Shown: positions 8,393-17,302 of the stretch, piece by piece
Layout of the letters: every line of letters begins with the position of its first letter
Position numbering within the stretch: the first letter of the stretch is position 1
Source of the DNA: an uncultured Candidatus Saccharibacteria bacterium
GTDB taxonomy: Bacteria > Patescibacteriota > Minisyncoccia > Phycocordibacterales > CAIZLB01
Direction: 5' to 3'
NCBI GenBank assembly: GCA_964550955.1
Contig: CAZKAF010000003.1
Coordinates: forward strand, 7,489 to 71,488
DNA length: 64,000 nucleotides
Notes under the pieces: generated by a model
Databases searched by the model: none
Told to the model about the DNA's origin: nothing
Seen by the model: only the letters and a program-made list of their open reading frames with translations
Translations under genes and position numbers: made by a program

Positions 8393-9481
8393 ATGGGTAT
8401 CGCTCAAAAAATATTCAAACACTTTCCTGCTCCGAGAATCATCTCGATGCCGAGGGTCGGCGTCGAAATCACGTCAACTTCCGTCCGATACATGGAACTC
8501 GTCAAATCCGGACGCGGCTTGAGGCTGGGAAGATACGGCACCCAGGACATACCGAACGGCACCGCCGCGGGCGAATCGCTCTTGGCGAACAAGGACCTTT
8601 CTGCTGCGCTTAAGAAAATTCAGCGGGCAAACCGCTTCCAGTTCGTCGAAGTGGCAATTCCGGAAGTGGACTCGTATCTTTTTACCACCGAAATTCCCTT
8701 GGGAGATGACGATTCCATCCGAAGCCACATAGAGTTTCATCTTGAGGAAAACGTGCCGATCAATCTCGCCGACGCGGTTTTCGACTATTACATAATTCAT
8801 GAGGACGAAAAGAAAAAGACCGGCTTTGCCTCGGTCTCCGTCGTTCAGAGGGCCGTCATCGAGCAATATATAGACCTGTTCGAATCGTGCGGAATGACCC
8901 CCATATCTTTCCTCATCGAGAACCAGGCTCTTTCCCGGGCTGTCGTCTCCCAGGAAGACAGCTCCATGTGCCTTGTCGTCCACATCGGCCTGACAAAGAC
9001 GGTCCTGTCCGCCGTAAGCGAGGGGGCCGTTCAGTTTACCTCGACCATCAATATCGGAGGCAACGACCTCACGGCGGCCATCTCGAAGGAATACGGCATC
9101 ACGGCGGACGAGGCGGAGAAGATGAAGAGGGACAAGGGGTATGTCAAGAACGCCGAAAACAACGAATTTTTCATGTCATTGATCAACGCGGTCTCGGCCC
9201 TCCGGGACGAGATTCAGAGAGTCTACATGTACTGGCAATCGCACGGCGAGAAAAGCGGAAAAGATCAGAAGAAGCAGATGAAGATAGTCTTGGCGGGAAG
9301 GGACTCTTCCATCATCGGATTCAGGGAATATCTCGCCCTGTCGCTCAGGGTTCCCGTCGAGCTCGCCAATGTCTGGGCCAACGTGTTCTCTTTCGAAGAG
9401 GAGATTCCTCCGATTGAGTACTTGGAATCGCTCGATTACGCCGTCGCGGTCGGATTGGCTCTACCAAAAAATGCAGACTAG
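8393..9481 (+). CDS. pilM: type IV pilus assembly ATPase-like protein PilM
   Basis: 362 aa actin-like fold pattern; followed by two single-TM genes in PilN/PilO arrangement. Confidence 0.6.
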   Translation: MGIAQKIFKHFPAPRIISMPRVGVEITSTSVRYMELVKSGRGLRLGRYGTQDIPNGTAAGESLLANKDLSAALKKIQRANRFQFVEVAIPEVDSYLFTTEIPLGDDDSIRSHIEFHLEENVPINLADAVFDYYIIHEDEKKKTGFASVSVVQRAVIEQYIDLFESCGMTPISFLIENQALSRAVVSQEDSSMCLVVHIGLTKTVLSAVSEGAVQFTSTINIGGNDLTAAISKEYGITADEAEKMKRDKGYVKNAENNEFFMSLINAVSALRDEIQRVYMYWQSHGEKSGKDQKKQMKIVLAGRDSSIIGFREYLALSLRVPVELANVWANVFSFEEEIPPIEYLESLDYAVAVGLALPKNAD

Positions 9482-9497
9482 CGTACAATAAAAATAT

Positions 9498-10148
9498 ATG
9501 CTTCATCTTCTGACCGAAGAACATAAAAAGAAAATAGTAAGGCAATATCGAATGAGGATCTTGATCGTTCTTTGCCTCGGCATCGTCGCTACCGTCGTCG
9601 CCAGCGCCGTTTTTCTCATTCCTTCTTATGTCATTTCATTCGGAACATACGCCGAAGTCGAGAATGAAAAGGAGAACCTGAACAGGCTCATCGCCGCGAA
9701 GCAGACTGACGAGGCTGCCGGCGACATCAAGGCCGTGTCGGATACCCTGAATGCCCTGAAAGCTCATACCACCAAGCGCGACCCCACGAGGATTTTCGAG
9801 AGAATCGTCCAGGATAAGCCAAGCGGCATCTCGATCGTGAGCTTCAATTTTACTCCGGAATCTGACGCGGGCGTGACGGTGGACATTTCCGGAAGGGCGA
9901 ACACCCGGTCGGCCCTCTCGGCATACGTGGATGTCCTGAAGAAAGACGCGGCCTTCGCCGGGGTCAGCATTCCGCTTTCAAACTTTGCCCGGGAGAGGGA
10001 TATCGGATTCAACCTGAAGCTGCAGGTCAATACGAGTCCCGAATTCTGGATCGTAAGCTCGCCGCACGCGCTTGAGATCGACCTGAACGATGACGCGGAA
10101 GCAGTTATCGGGAATCCTGGCGCCTCCGAAGAAAATCAAAATGAATAA
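9498..10148 (+). CDS. pilN: PilN-like single-TM pilus assembly protein
   Basis: 216 aa, N-terminal TM, position after pilM. Confidence 0.45.
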   Translation: MLHLLTEEHKKKIVRQYRMRILIVLCLGIVATVVASAVFLIPSYVISFGTYAEVENEKENLNRLIAAKQTDEAAGDIKAVSDTLNALKAHTTKRDPTRIFERIVQDKPSGISIVSFNFTPESDAGVTVDISGRANTRSALSAYVDVLKKDAAFAGVSIPLSNFARERDIGFNLKLQVNTSPEFWIVSSPHALEIDLNDDAEAVIGNPGASEENQNE

Positions 10149-10713
10149 AACATCCCAAATATTTACATTCAGCCTGGTCCTGATGCTCGCCGCGGTCGGC
10201 GGATATGTTTATGGCGTGCGATACGTCGCCAGCTTGTCCGAAAGGACTTCGGCCTTGAAAAAAGACGTCGAGGTCATCGACATCAAGTACAGCCACATAC
10301 TTTCTCTTGAGAAGGCTGCCAAGGAGACGGGGGATGAGACATTGAGGGTTAACAAGATCCTGATTCCGGCAAACGGCGCGATAGACTTCGTCAGCCGGAT
10401 AGAAGCCAGCGCGAGCCAAAAGGGCCTGACATATAATACCGACTCGATCGAAGCCCGATCCGTTCCTGATTTGGAAAGCCATGGCAAGGAGCTCCTCGTC
10501 GTCAGCTTCACGGCAAGCGGGCGGTGGTCCTCGGTCGTTCGCCTGATAAAGAGCATCGAAAACATGCCGCACGCGATCAAGTTCGAGAAGCTGGACCTTA
10601 TCATGCTCGGCGAGAGCCAGCCTGCCGCGGGCGCCTCATCGACCGCCGCCGCCATAGACAGGAGCTGGAAGGCGTCCATCATCTTCACGGCAATAAAAGT
10701 AAAAGACAACTAA
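10141..10713 (+). CDS. pilO: PilO-like single-TM pilus assembly protein
   Basis: start set at ATG 10141 (MNKTSQIF), giving an ATGA-type overlap with pilN; N-terminal TM. Confidence 0.4.
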   Translation: MNKTSQIFTFSLVLMLAAVGGYVYGVRYVASLSERTSALKKDVEVIDIKYSHILSLEKAAKETGDETLRVNKILIPANGAIDFVSRIEASASQKGLTYNTDSIEARSVPDLESHGKELLVVSFTASGRWSSVVRLIKSIENMPHAIKFEKLDLIMLGESQPAAGASSTAAAIDRSWKASIIFTAIKVKDN

Positions 10714-10714
10714 C

Positions 10715-11029
10715 ATGTATCAAAGCTTCCTGGAAAAAATAAAAGGCATCCGAATCATAAGAAATGAGCCGGAACGGGACTGGGGGATAATCTTCTCCGT
10801 GCTTGTCGCGTTCGTCGCCGTGTCGCTGGGCTGGAGCGTCACGTTTTTCTTCAAGAACCTTAGCGACGTGAAGGCGAGCCGCGCGACGGTCGAGAAAAAC
10901 GTGCAGAGCTCGCTCGGAGAGACCGAGGTTGAATTAAGAAGCGTAATCGAGCTGTATGAGGCCAAGGAAGCTGAAAATGCGAGGGTTCAGGGAGGAGGGG
11001 CCGTACTTGGCGACCCGTCCATATTTTGA
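10715..11029 (+). CDS. small single-TM protein, possibly PilP-like
   Basis: 104 aa with N-terminal TM directly after pilO. Confidence 0.3.
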   Translation: MYQSFLEKIKGIRIIRNEPERDWGIIFSVLVAFVAVSLGWSVTFFFKNLSDVKASRATVEKNVQSSLGETEVELRSVIELYEAKEAENARVQGGGAVLGDPSIF

Positions 11030-11151
11030 TATGGTACACGTGCCAGCTGTTCGCGGCTCATCCGCGTTCCTCGGTAAAACAAGCGCGTGCCTCGGCGCTT
11101 GAATCGTTCAGCGAAGATGGAGGACAGCCATATCCGTCCCGACATATAAAT

Positions 11152-11223
11152 GCCCCTGTAGTTCAATGGATAGAACTGCGGACTTCTAAGCCGTTAATGT
11201 AGGTTCGATTCCTACCGGGGGCA
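11152..11223 (+). tRNA. tRNA-Arg (anticodon TCT)
   Basis: acceptor gcccctg/cgggggc, D-arm gttc-aatggata-gaac, anticodon loop ctTCTaa (one 31-39 mismatch), T-arm gtagg-ttcgatt-cctac; 72 nt. Confidence 0.75.
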
Positions 11224-11273
11224 CATACAAAAGAAAGAGTGTCAGCGAAAGCTGATGCTCTTTCTTTTGTATG
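11224..11273 (+). other. extended perfect hairpin immediately 3' of tRNA-Arg
   Basis: 16-bp stem catacaaaagaaagag/ctctttcttttgtatg enclosing an inner tcagc-GAAA-gctga tetraloop hairpin. Confidence 0.5.
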
Positions 11274-11387
11274 TCGTATGCAGGAGCGAGCCAACTGCTT
11301 GGCTCGCGTTAGGAATCGAAAAGGTTGAGCGTATCGCACGGAACGCAGTGAGTACGATGCGAAACCTGTACTGCGCTCGTAGAGCGA

Positions 11388-11407
11388 GATTCCTACCGGG
11401 GGCACCA
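11388..11407 (+). repeat. 17-nt direct repeat of the tRNA-Arg 3' end plus CCA (gattcctaccgggggca-cca)
   Basis: identical to 11207-11223; no complete tRNA folds around it. Confidence 0.5.
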
Positions 11408-11419
11408 GAAAAAGCAAGG

Positions 11420-11445
11420 CGCACCTGCCGGTGCGTTTTTGTTTT
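11420..11445 (+). terminator. rho-independent terminator
   Basis: cgcacc-tgcc-ggtgcg hairpin followed by tttttgtttt. Confidence 0.55.
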
Positions 11446-11494
11446 GTCACTGGGCTACTGGGCCTAGGCAAGTATCAAGAATCTGCCTGTGGCT

Positions 11495-12298
11495 TTATTT
11501 GCTTATTGCCGACGATTCCCAGCACATATTGAAGATGGTCTTCATCATGTTGTGGATTTTCTCATCCTCTATGATCGTGCCGATCGCATTTGATTTGGAG
11601 AAATTTACGATCGAAACTTTGCTCTTTCCGTATACGACAATTTCTCCGGTCATGGGAAACGCGTCTTTGGAGGCAAATCTTATGTCAGGCCAAATGCTCT
11701 TTCTAATGTCCCCATAACGGATGTCGTTGAATTGCCGGCCTTCAGGCGTGTCCGGCGTGATTCCTCTGGTGGTTATCCCGATTCTCTCCTTGCCTTTCAC
11801 ATAGTCGTCAAAGAATGTCTTTGGCAGAAACTCTCTCAATTCCGAAGTATCAGCCCAGGCGAGCATTTCATATGGCTTGCTTGTCGCCAGATGGTCTTCG
11901 TAGATGGTCGTTATCCCTTCCACTCCCTCGTAATAGGTAATTTTTGGCTTATCTCCAAGCAATCCATGAAGCTCGTTGATTTCGGGAATTATAGACTTGG
12001 CCGTATCCAATGATTCTTCCGCCTGCTTTACCTTGTTCTCGGCATATTTGATAAATCGGTCCGGCTTCTCAACCTGATAAAACAGCTTGTTCTTCTTTTC
12101 GATTTCATTTACCAATCCGCGAATAGAAAGGTTAAGGAGGATTTTGTACACAGTGCTTCTATTCAGCCCTGAATACTCGGCTATTTTAGAAGGGTAGGCT
12201 CCTCCGAGCTCCAAAAGAGCTAGGTACACAAGGGCTTCTTTGTCAGAAAAGCCGGTCTTTTCCAATTTTCTGAGGAATAAAGGGTTTTTTATATTCAT
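11495..12298 (-). CDS. TrmB-family HTH transcriptional regulator (paralog 1 of 5)
   Basis: start at ATG 12298 (MNIKNPLF); N-terminal LEKTGFSDKEALVYLALLELGGAYPSKIAEYSGLNRSTVYKIL matches the TrmB winged-HTH domain; divergent from SBP gene. Confidence 0.65.
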   Translation of the reverse strand: MNIKNPLFLRKLEKTGFSDKEALVYLALLELGGAYPSKIAEYSGLNRSTVYKILLNLSIRGLVNEIEKKNKLFYQVEKPDRFIKYAENKVKQAEESLDTAKSIIPEINELHGLLGDKPKITYYEGVEGITTIYEDHLATSKPYEMLAWADTSELREFLPKTFFDDYVKGKERIGITTRGITPDTPEGRQFNDIRYGDIRKSIWPDIRFASKDAFPMTGEIVVYGKSKVSIVNFSKSNAIGTIIEDEKIHNMMKTIFNMCWESSAISK

Positions 12299-12311
12299 GC
12301 TCTTTAACCAG

Positions 12312-12341
12312 ATTATACCGAACGGCAGCATTTTTTGTCAA
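12312..12341 (-). promoter_or_regulatory. consensus sigma70-like promoter for TrmB paralog 1 (TTGACA-N18-TATAAT)
   Basis: minus-strand reading gives TTGACA (plus 12336-12341) then an 18-nt spacer then TATAAT (plus 12312-12317), with the ATG 13 nt downstream. Confidence 0.4.
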
Positions 12342-12398
12342 CATCAACGAACAAAATATGTATTATATCAGATATATGTCTATAAATAAGCGTCTTTC

Positions 12399-12425
12399 GT
12401 GTTTATACTGTCACAGTATAAACAC
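12399..12425. promoter_or_regulatory. 27-bp perfect palindrome GTGTTTATACTGT-C-ACAGTATAAACAC, candidate TrmB operator
   Basis: perfect dyad symmetry in the divergent intergenic region between the TrmB and SBP genes. Confidence 0.4.
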
Positions 12426-12689
12426 AAGTAAGAAAATGTGTGTCATAGTTATTTCAGAATTTAAACAAGTTCTTAAGCAACCAGCAAAAGACAATCAATT
12501 TGCGGATATGGCCGTATTACGGGGCATGGCGATATGTCCGCTTGGTTACTGGAGTCGGTCTAAAAATCTCCCTGTCTCGGAATGCATGTTCCGACTGAAG
12601 AGCTCGAGAGGGCGAAACAGAGAATCTTGCTGACAAGATCAGCCAAGATAAAAGAGTAGAAGCATTATCAATTATTATTAAATTTACAA

Positions 12690-13805
12690 ATGAATAAAAC
12701 AATCAAGGTAGTCATGGGCATTATTGCGGTCATTCTTGTCGCTTGGTGCGTCGCTTCAGTTGCCGCGAAGAAGAATCCTGAGACAAGGCCGACAGTCAGG
12801 ATCGGTGTCACCCTTCCTCTTACGGGGGACGTGGCGATGCTCGGTCAAAATAGTCGACAGGCTCTGCTTCTTGCCCGGGAACAGTTGCCCAAGAACACCA
12901 AATACAATTACGAATTTGTATTCGAAGACGACCAGTTCAGGCCTCAGGCCGGAGCATCTGCTGCCAATAAGCTTATTAGCATAGATAATGTCTCGGCTCT
13001 CTTCTCATTCGGTTCGCCTGTCGGAAACGCGGTAAGCCCGATTGCAGAAAAGGCAAAGGTTCCTCACATCAACTTTTTCGCCTCTGACATGAATGTGGCA
13101 AACGGAGATTACAACTTCGTAAATTACACTCCTCCCTACAAGGATTCGGAGATGTTTATCAAGGAATTGAACAAGCGAGGGGTGAAGACGGTCGCGTTCT
13201 TCGGTCAACAGGATAATCCTGGGGTAGGGGCAATCATAGCTGCCTTTGAGAACGATATCAAGAATACCGATATCAAGGTTCTTTCTAACCAGAAGTTCAA
13301 TACCGGCTCTCGAGATTTTCGAACTCAGATTGCGGCCGTGAAGAATCTCAATCCCGATATCTACGTTCTTGAGGCAACTTCTCCGGAACTGGAAATTCTC
13401 ACCAAGCAGCTTCGTGAGGCGGGAATTCAAACGCCTGTTACCTCGATGGAAGCGTTTGAATTTTCTTCCGAACTCTCATTGTTTGAGGGAATGTGGTATG
13501 TAAATGCTGCGGATCCTCAGCAGTGGTTCGTGAATCTCTTTGCAAAAAGATACCCTAACGACACTCCGAAGTTCGGCGCGGCAAACGGATATGATTCGTT
13601 GAATCTTATTGTCCGGGCCGCAGAAGAAATAGGGGACGGAAAGACCGTTCCTACTCGAGAAGAAATCAGGGATGCCCTCTCCAAAATCAAGGGATTTGAC
13701 GGCGCGCTCGGCAACAACCTAAGCGTCGACGAACATGGAGTCGTGGTATCTGGCGCCGTCGTTCGAGAAATCAGGAATGGAAGTCCCGTGACAATCAGCA
13801 AATAA
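12690..13805 (+). CDS. ABC transporter substrate-binding protein, LivK/Peripla_BP_6 family (SBP paralog 1)
   Basis: signal/TM N-terminus; RIGVTLPLTGDVAMLGQNSRQALLLAREQL...FEDDQFRPQAGASAANKLIS follows the LivK-type architecture. Confidence 0.7.
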   Translation: MNKTIKVVMGIIAVILVAWCVASVAAKKNPETRPTVRIGVTLPLTGDVAMLGQNSRQALLLAREQLPKNTKYNYEFVFEDDQFRPQAGASAANKLISIDNVSALFSFGSPVGNAVSPIAEKAKVPHINFFASDMNVANGDYNFVNYTPPYKDSEMFIKELNKRGVKTVAFFGQQDNPGVGAIIAAFENDIKNTDIKVLSNQKFNTGSRDFRTQIAAVKNLNPDIYVLEATSPELEILTKQLREAGIQTPVTSMEAFEFSSELSLFEGMWYVNAADPQQWFVNLFAKRYPNDTPKFGAANGYDSLNLIVRAAEEIGDGKTVPTREEIRDALSKIKGFDGALGNNLSVDEHGVVVSGAVVREIRNGSPVTISK

Positions 13806-13928
13806 TCTTTATCAGAAGATGAGCTGACAAAACCGCCATACGGCGGTTTTGCGTTGAAATTTAAAGATAAATATCCGGGGCTTACGTGCATCTCCCTGGT
13901 TATTCTCGGCGGTCTTATTGCGGGATAT

Positions 13929-14711
13929 TTATTTCCCATCGCCGTTCTTCTTCCATACCATCTCGAATATCTCCTTCATGGTCTTCGCGACATCCGGGTT
14001 CTCGATCACGACCGCTTGCAAGTCTCCGTTCATGACGATTCTTACGAACGTGTCTCCCGCGTCAATGGAGACGGTCGAAGAGTATTCGGAATAGGGAACA
14101 GTCTGAATGTTGTGGCCGAGAGAAAGGTCCCTCTCGAGAGACTCTTTCGTGGAGGAATGATGCGGAGTGATGCCCCGTATCTTGATTCCATGCTTCAGCA
14201 GCTTGTCTTCCCATGAATCAAGGACTGGCAGCAGGTCGGGCGATATCCTTTCGGCTGTCGCGAAGAATCCCACGATTTCCTTGTTGTGCATGTCGGCGCA
14301 ACCGTAACTGATCGCCTCGTCTATCCCCTTGAGGCCCTCGTAATACAGCACCTTCACTTTCCGTTCGGGGTTGCCGGCGATTGATATGAGCTCGGGAAGA
14401 ACCTGTTTTGACATCTGCACTTTAAGTTCCTGATTTCGGAAGAACTCCTGCGGCGATTTGGCAACGAAATTTCGCTTTTTTGCCTTGGGAATTTTCAAGA
14501 CAAGACCCTTTTTTCTCAATTCATCCAGTATCACGTAGGTGGTAGGCCTCTTGATTCCGGACTTTTCTGCAATTGCATACGCCGAGGCGGTCCCCATTTC
14601 AAGCAAAGTAAGATACACCCGAGCCTCTTTCTCGGAAAGTCCCACGTTTTGAAGAGCCTCAAGGTGTTTGTTCACAGTGGCAACACTACCGAATTTGCAA
14701 AAAATAGTCAA
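13929..14711 (-). CDS. TrmB-family HTH transcriptional regulator (paralog 2)
   Basis: apparent TTG start at 14711; HTH VGLSEKEARVYLTLLEMGTASAYAIAEKSGIKRPTTYVILDELRKKGLV; paralogous to 11495-12298. Confidence 0.6.
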   Translation of the reverse strand: MTIFCKFGSVATVNKHLEALQNVGLSEKEARVYLTLLEMGTASAYAIAEKSGIKRPTTYVILDELRKKGLVLKIPKAKKRNFVAKSPQEFFRNQELKVQMSKQVLPELISIAGNPERKVKVLYYEGLKGIDEAISYGCADMHNKEIVGFFATAERISPDLLPVLDSWEDKLLKHGIKIRGITPHHSSTKESLERDLSLGHNIQTVPYSEYSSTVSIDAGDTFVRIVMNGDLQAVVIENPDVAKTMKEIFEMVWKKNGDGK

Positions 14712-14870
14712 TACTTATGACGACAAAACAGTACAGATATATAATATGGCTATAAATATAAGCACATTATGGGTATATAATATCTGTTCTTTTGACTAAG
14801 ATACTGATACCATGATATCAATGTAGCGTTATTAAAGGCAGGGAATTACACGAAACAATATAAAATAAAT

Positions 14871-15956
14871 ATGAATAAATTTTACAAGATTTCTGGTGCG
14901 GTACTGATTATTGCGCTGGCCACGCTGGCAATAGCGCGAATGCGCCCGGCTTCCGGAGACATTAAGATTGGCGTCATTTCACCCATGACAGGTCTTATTT
15001 CCGGAGGTTCAAACTTGGGGGAAAATTATGCCAACGGAGTCAAGCTGGCCATTGAAGACTATAAGGCGCTTCATCCGGGAATAAATATTTCATATGTTTT
15101 GGAAGATGATGGATATGATTCCAAGAAGGGGGTAAGCGCATATCAGAAGCTGGTGAATCTGGACAAAGTGGACGCCCTTCTCAATCTTTCATCGCCTACG
15201 ATTGATGCCGTGTATGAGACTGCGCGCAAGGACGGCCTTCCTATCATGCAGCTGGGAGAACAAGCCCAGTCTTCCGACGATAATATTTTCCAAGTATATC
15301 CTGGAAACAAGGCGGCAATCGAGGCTTTGGGAGCCGAGCTTCAAAATCGCGGATACCAGAAAATCGTGGTTGCATCCCAGCAGCTTGCCGCATACGAGCG
15401 GTGGGTAAACGACATAAAAACCACGTTCAAGGGGAATGTCGTGCATGAAAGAATTTCCCCGACGGAAAATGACTTGAGGCCGATTGCCCTCAAGGTGGCT
15501 CAAGAGAAGCCTGATGCCTTGGTTATCCTGATGGGATCGTCTGCCGGCGCGGAGCTCGTGAAGAACTTGCATCAGCAGAATAATCTTCCTCCTTTGTATC
15601 TCGATACGGCGCTGAACCTGGGGCTCGGCGATTTCCAAAAAGTTCTCGGCAGCGACCTCGGAGCTCTTGAGGGAACGGTCGCCGTTTCGATCACCAGCTA
15701 CACGTCAGATGATTTCAAGGAGAGATATAAGGCAAAATACGGCATGGACGCCGGAGCCTTGGCCGATTATGGATATGATTCGGCGATGATATTGCTCAGC
15801 AGTCATGATTCGAATCGAGGCAAGTGGATGGAAAATATTTCCAATGCCGACTATCAGGGCGTTTCAGGAAGGGTTTCTTTCGAGCCGGACGGCACTCGAA
15901 TTCCGGAGTATAAGCTGGTTACGGTACGAAGCGGCGCTATAGTCGATCTGAAATAA
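14871..15956 (+). CDS. ABC transporter substrate-binding protein, LivK/Peripla_BP_6 family (SBP paralog 2)
   Basis: IKIGVISPMTGLISGGSNLGENYANGVKLAIEDY...LEDDGYDSKKGVSAYQKLV; close paralog of SBP 5. Confidence 0.7.
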   Translation: MNKFYKISGAVLIIALATLAIARMRPASGDIKIGVISPMTGLISGGSNLGENYANGVKLAIEDYKALHPGINISYVLEDDGYDSKKGVSAYQKLVNLDKVDALLNLSSPTIDAVYETARKDGLPIMQLGEQAQSSDDNIFQVYPGNKAAIEALGAELQNRGYQKIVVASQQLAAYERWVNDIKTTFKGNVVHERISPTENDLRPIALKVAQEKPDALVILMGSSAGAELVKNLHQQNNLPPLYLDTALNLGLGDFQKVLGSDLGALEGTVAVSITSYTSDDFKERYKAKYGMDAGALADYGYDSAMILLSSHDSNRGKWMENISNADYQGVSGRVSFEPDGTRIPEYKLVTVRSGAIVDLK

Positions 15957-15987
15957 GCCATTCGGGCATTGTCCGCAAAAAAAGGGG

Positions 15988-17226
15988 CTAATCGAAAAAG
16001 ATATCATCATCGTCGTCGAAGCTGTCACCTCTCCCTATGGTTTCATGGCGGCTTATCCCTTCGCGATCCTCATCCAGCGAAATCACTCGATGCTTTTTCA
16101 GGCCCCTGGCCGTAAAATCAAGAGTTCTGAATACGTAGCCTAAAAATGTCTTGTTCTTTTTCCAGAGGTAGAGACACCTGTCCACGCGCTCGTTCATTTT
16201 TTCCGGATTTTGGGCGAGAGAAGCTGGGAGGGCCTCGCTATCCAGCCATTTCGTAATCGCGGGCTGCAGAAATTGGGTGAACGTCTCTTTTGCTTCCTGA
16301 TTTCCCTTGCGAATCAGGTCGATAAAATCCATGCAAATCTGATTCACCGCATCCTCTTCATGCTTGCCGGTCGATTCGTAGAAGAGATACAGCGAATCCT
16401 TGTGCTTTTCCAGCAGCTGATCAACTTCCTCCTGGTTGGAATATCCTTCCGCTACGGTGATATCCTCAAGGAATATCTTCCGTTTCCATGATGCCTGGTA
16501 TTCCGGAGGCAAGAGCGAGATAAGCCTGTCCCATTCTATGCCGCCCTTTGCATTTGTTAAATTTCTCTCGGCAAACCTGAAAACATGCCGGGCTTTTTTC
16601 GCCAGAAAAGTAGGCGACCATTCTTTGGGCTTTTCTTTCTCCAGCAATGCTTGCACCTCGGAACTTATGCTTTCCAAGGTATATTTCCGAGCCGCCTCGG
16701 CTTTTTTCTGAATGTTGCTGTCCAGCGCGCCTTCCTGCCATTTGTCTTTCCACTCGCCGATCGAGTCAATCAAATCTGCCCATATGGCGGGCCTAGGGTT
16801 TCCTGTTCCAGCCTGAGAATTCAAATACCTGTAAAGCTTCGCGTCCTGCCTGATTATCCATTTTTTATTGAACTGTGCCGGCTTATCCCGCTCGAGCAAT
16901 TGAACGAGCCGTTCTTTGGCCTTTTCGAAATCCCATTTTTCAAAGCTTTCTTTGGACCAGCGCTCTTGCCAGCTTTCGGGCAGCTGAGCGGTAAATTCGC
17001 CCCAATCCTTTATCAGGCCGGCCCTCATGCTTCTGGTAAAATATGCGTATACGTTGGGAAGCTTTTTATGAATCCACTTCGGACCAAAATTTTGAGGGTT
17101 TTCTTGCTCCAATTCATTGAGAACGAGCTGGCTGGCGGAAGCCAAATCCAAGTAAAGCCGTTTCGGCTTGTCTTCGATTGTTGACGGAGCAGGGGCTGGT
17201 TGGGGGAAACCTTCGGGCGAATGCAT
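15988..17226 (-). CDS. hypothetical protein with three ~60-aa Trp/Lys-rich internal repeats and an acidic C-terminal tail
   Basis: repeats around KWIHKKLPNVYAYF / KKWIIRQDAKLYRYL / PTFLAKKARHVFRFAERNL (possibly helicase-associated-domain-like); sits in the slot a TrmB regulator occupies in the other cassettes. Confidence 0.35.
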   Translation of the reverse strand: MHSPEGFPQPAPAPSTIEDKPKRLYLDLASASQLVLNELEQENPQNFGPKWIHKKLPNVYAYFTRSMRAGLIKDWGEFTAQLPESWQERWSKESFEKWDFEKAKERLVQLLERDKPAQFNKKWIIRQDAKLYRYLNSQAGTGNPRPAIWADLIDSIGEWKDKWQEGALDSNIQKKAEAARKYTLESISSEVQALLEKEKPKEWSPTFLAKKARHVFRFAERNLTNAKGGIEWDRLISLLPPEYQASWKRKIFLEDITVAEGYSNQEEVDQLLEKHKDSLYLFYESTGKHEEDAVNQICMDFIDLIRKGNQEAKETFTQFLQPAITKWLDSEALPASLAQNPEKMNERVDRCLYLWKKNKTFLGYVFRTLDFTARGLKKHRVISLDEDREGISRHETIGRGDSFDDDDDIFFD

Positions 17227-17302
17227 GCAGTAATTGTAGCAGATTATCTCGACGCTTGGTTCGCAAGCGCCGTCGTCAGGTTCTTTTTCCGAGAATCATG
17301 GT

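Noticed and set aside
11330-11407. Possible second tRNA ending in ...gattcctaccgggggcacca
   Set aside because: No 5' acceptor strand (gcccc...) exists upstream, and the D and anticodon arms cannot be formed. It is interpreted as a duplicated 3' fragment rather than a gene.
16585-17184. 199-aa plus-strand ORF
   Set aside because: Antisense to the 412-aa repeat protein. Composition is non-protein-like.
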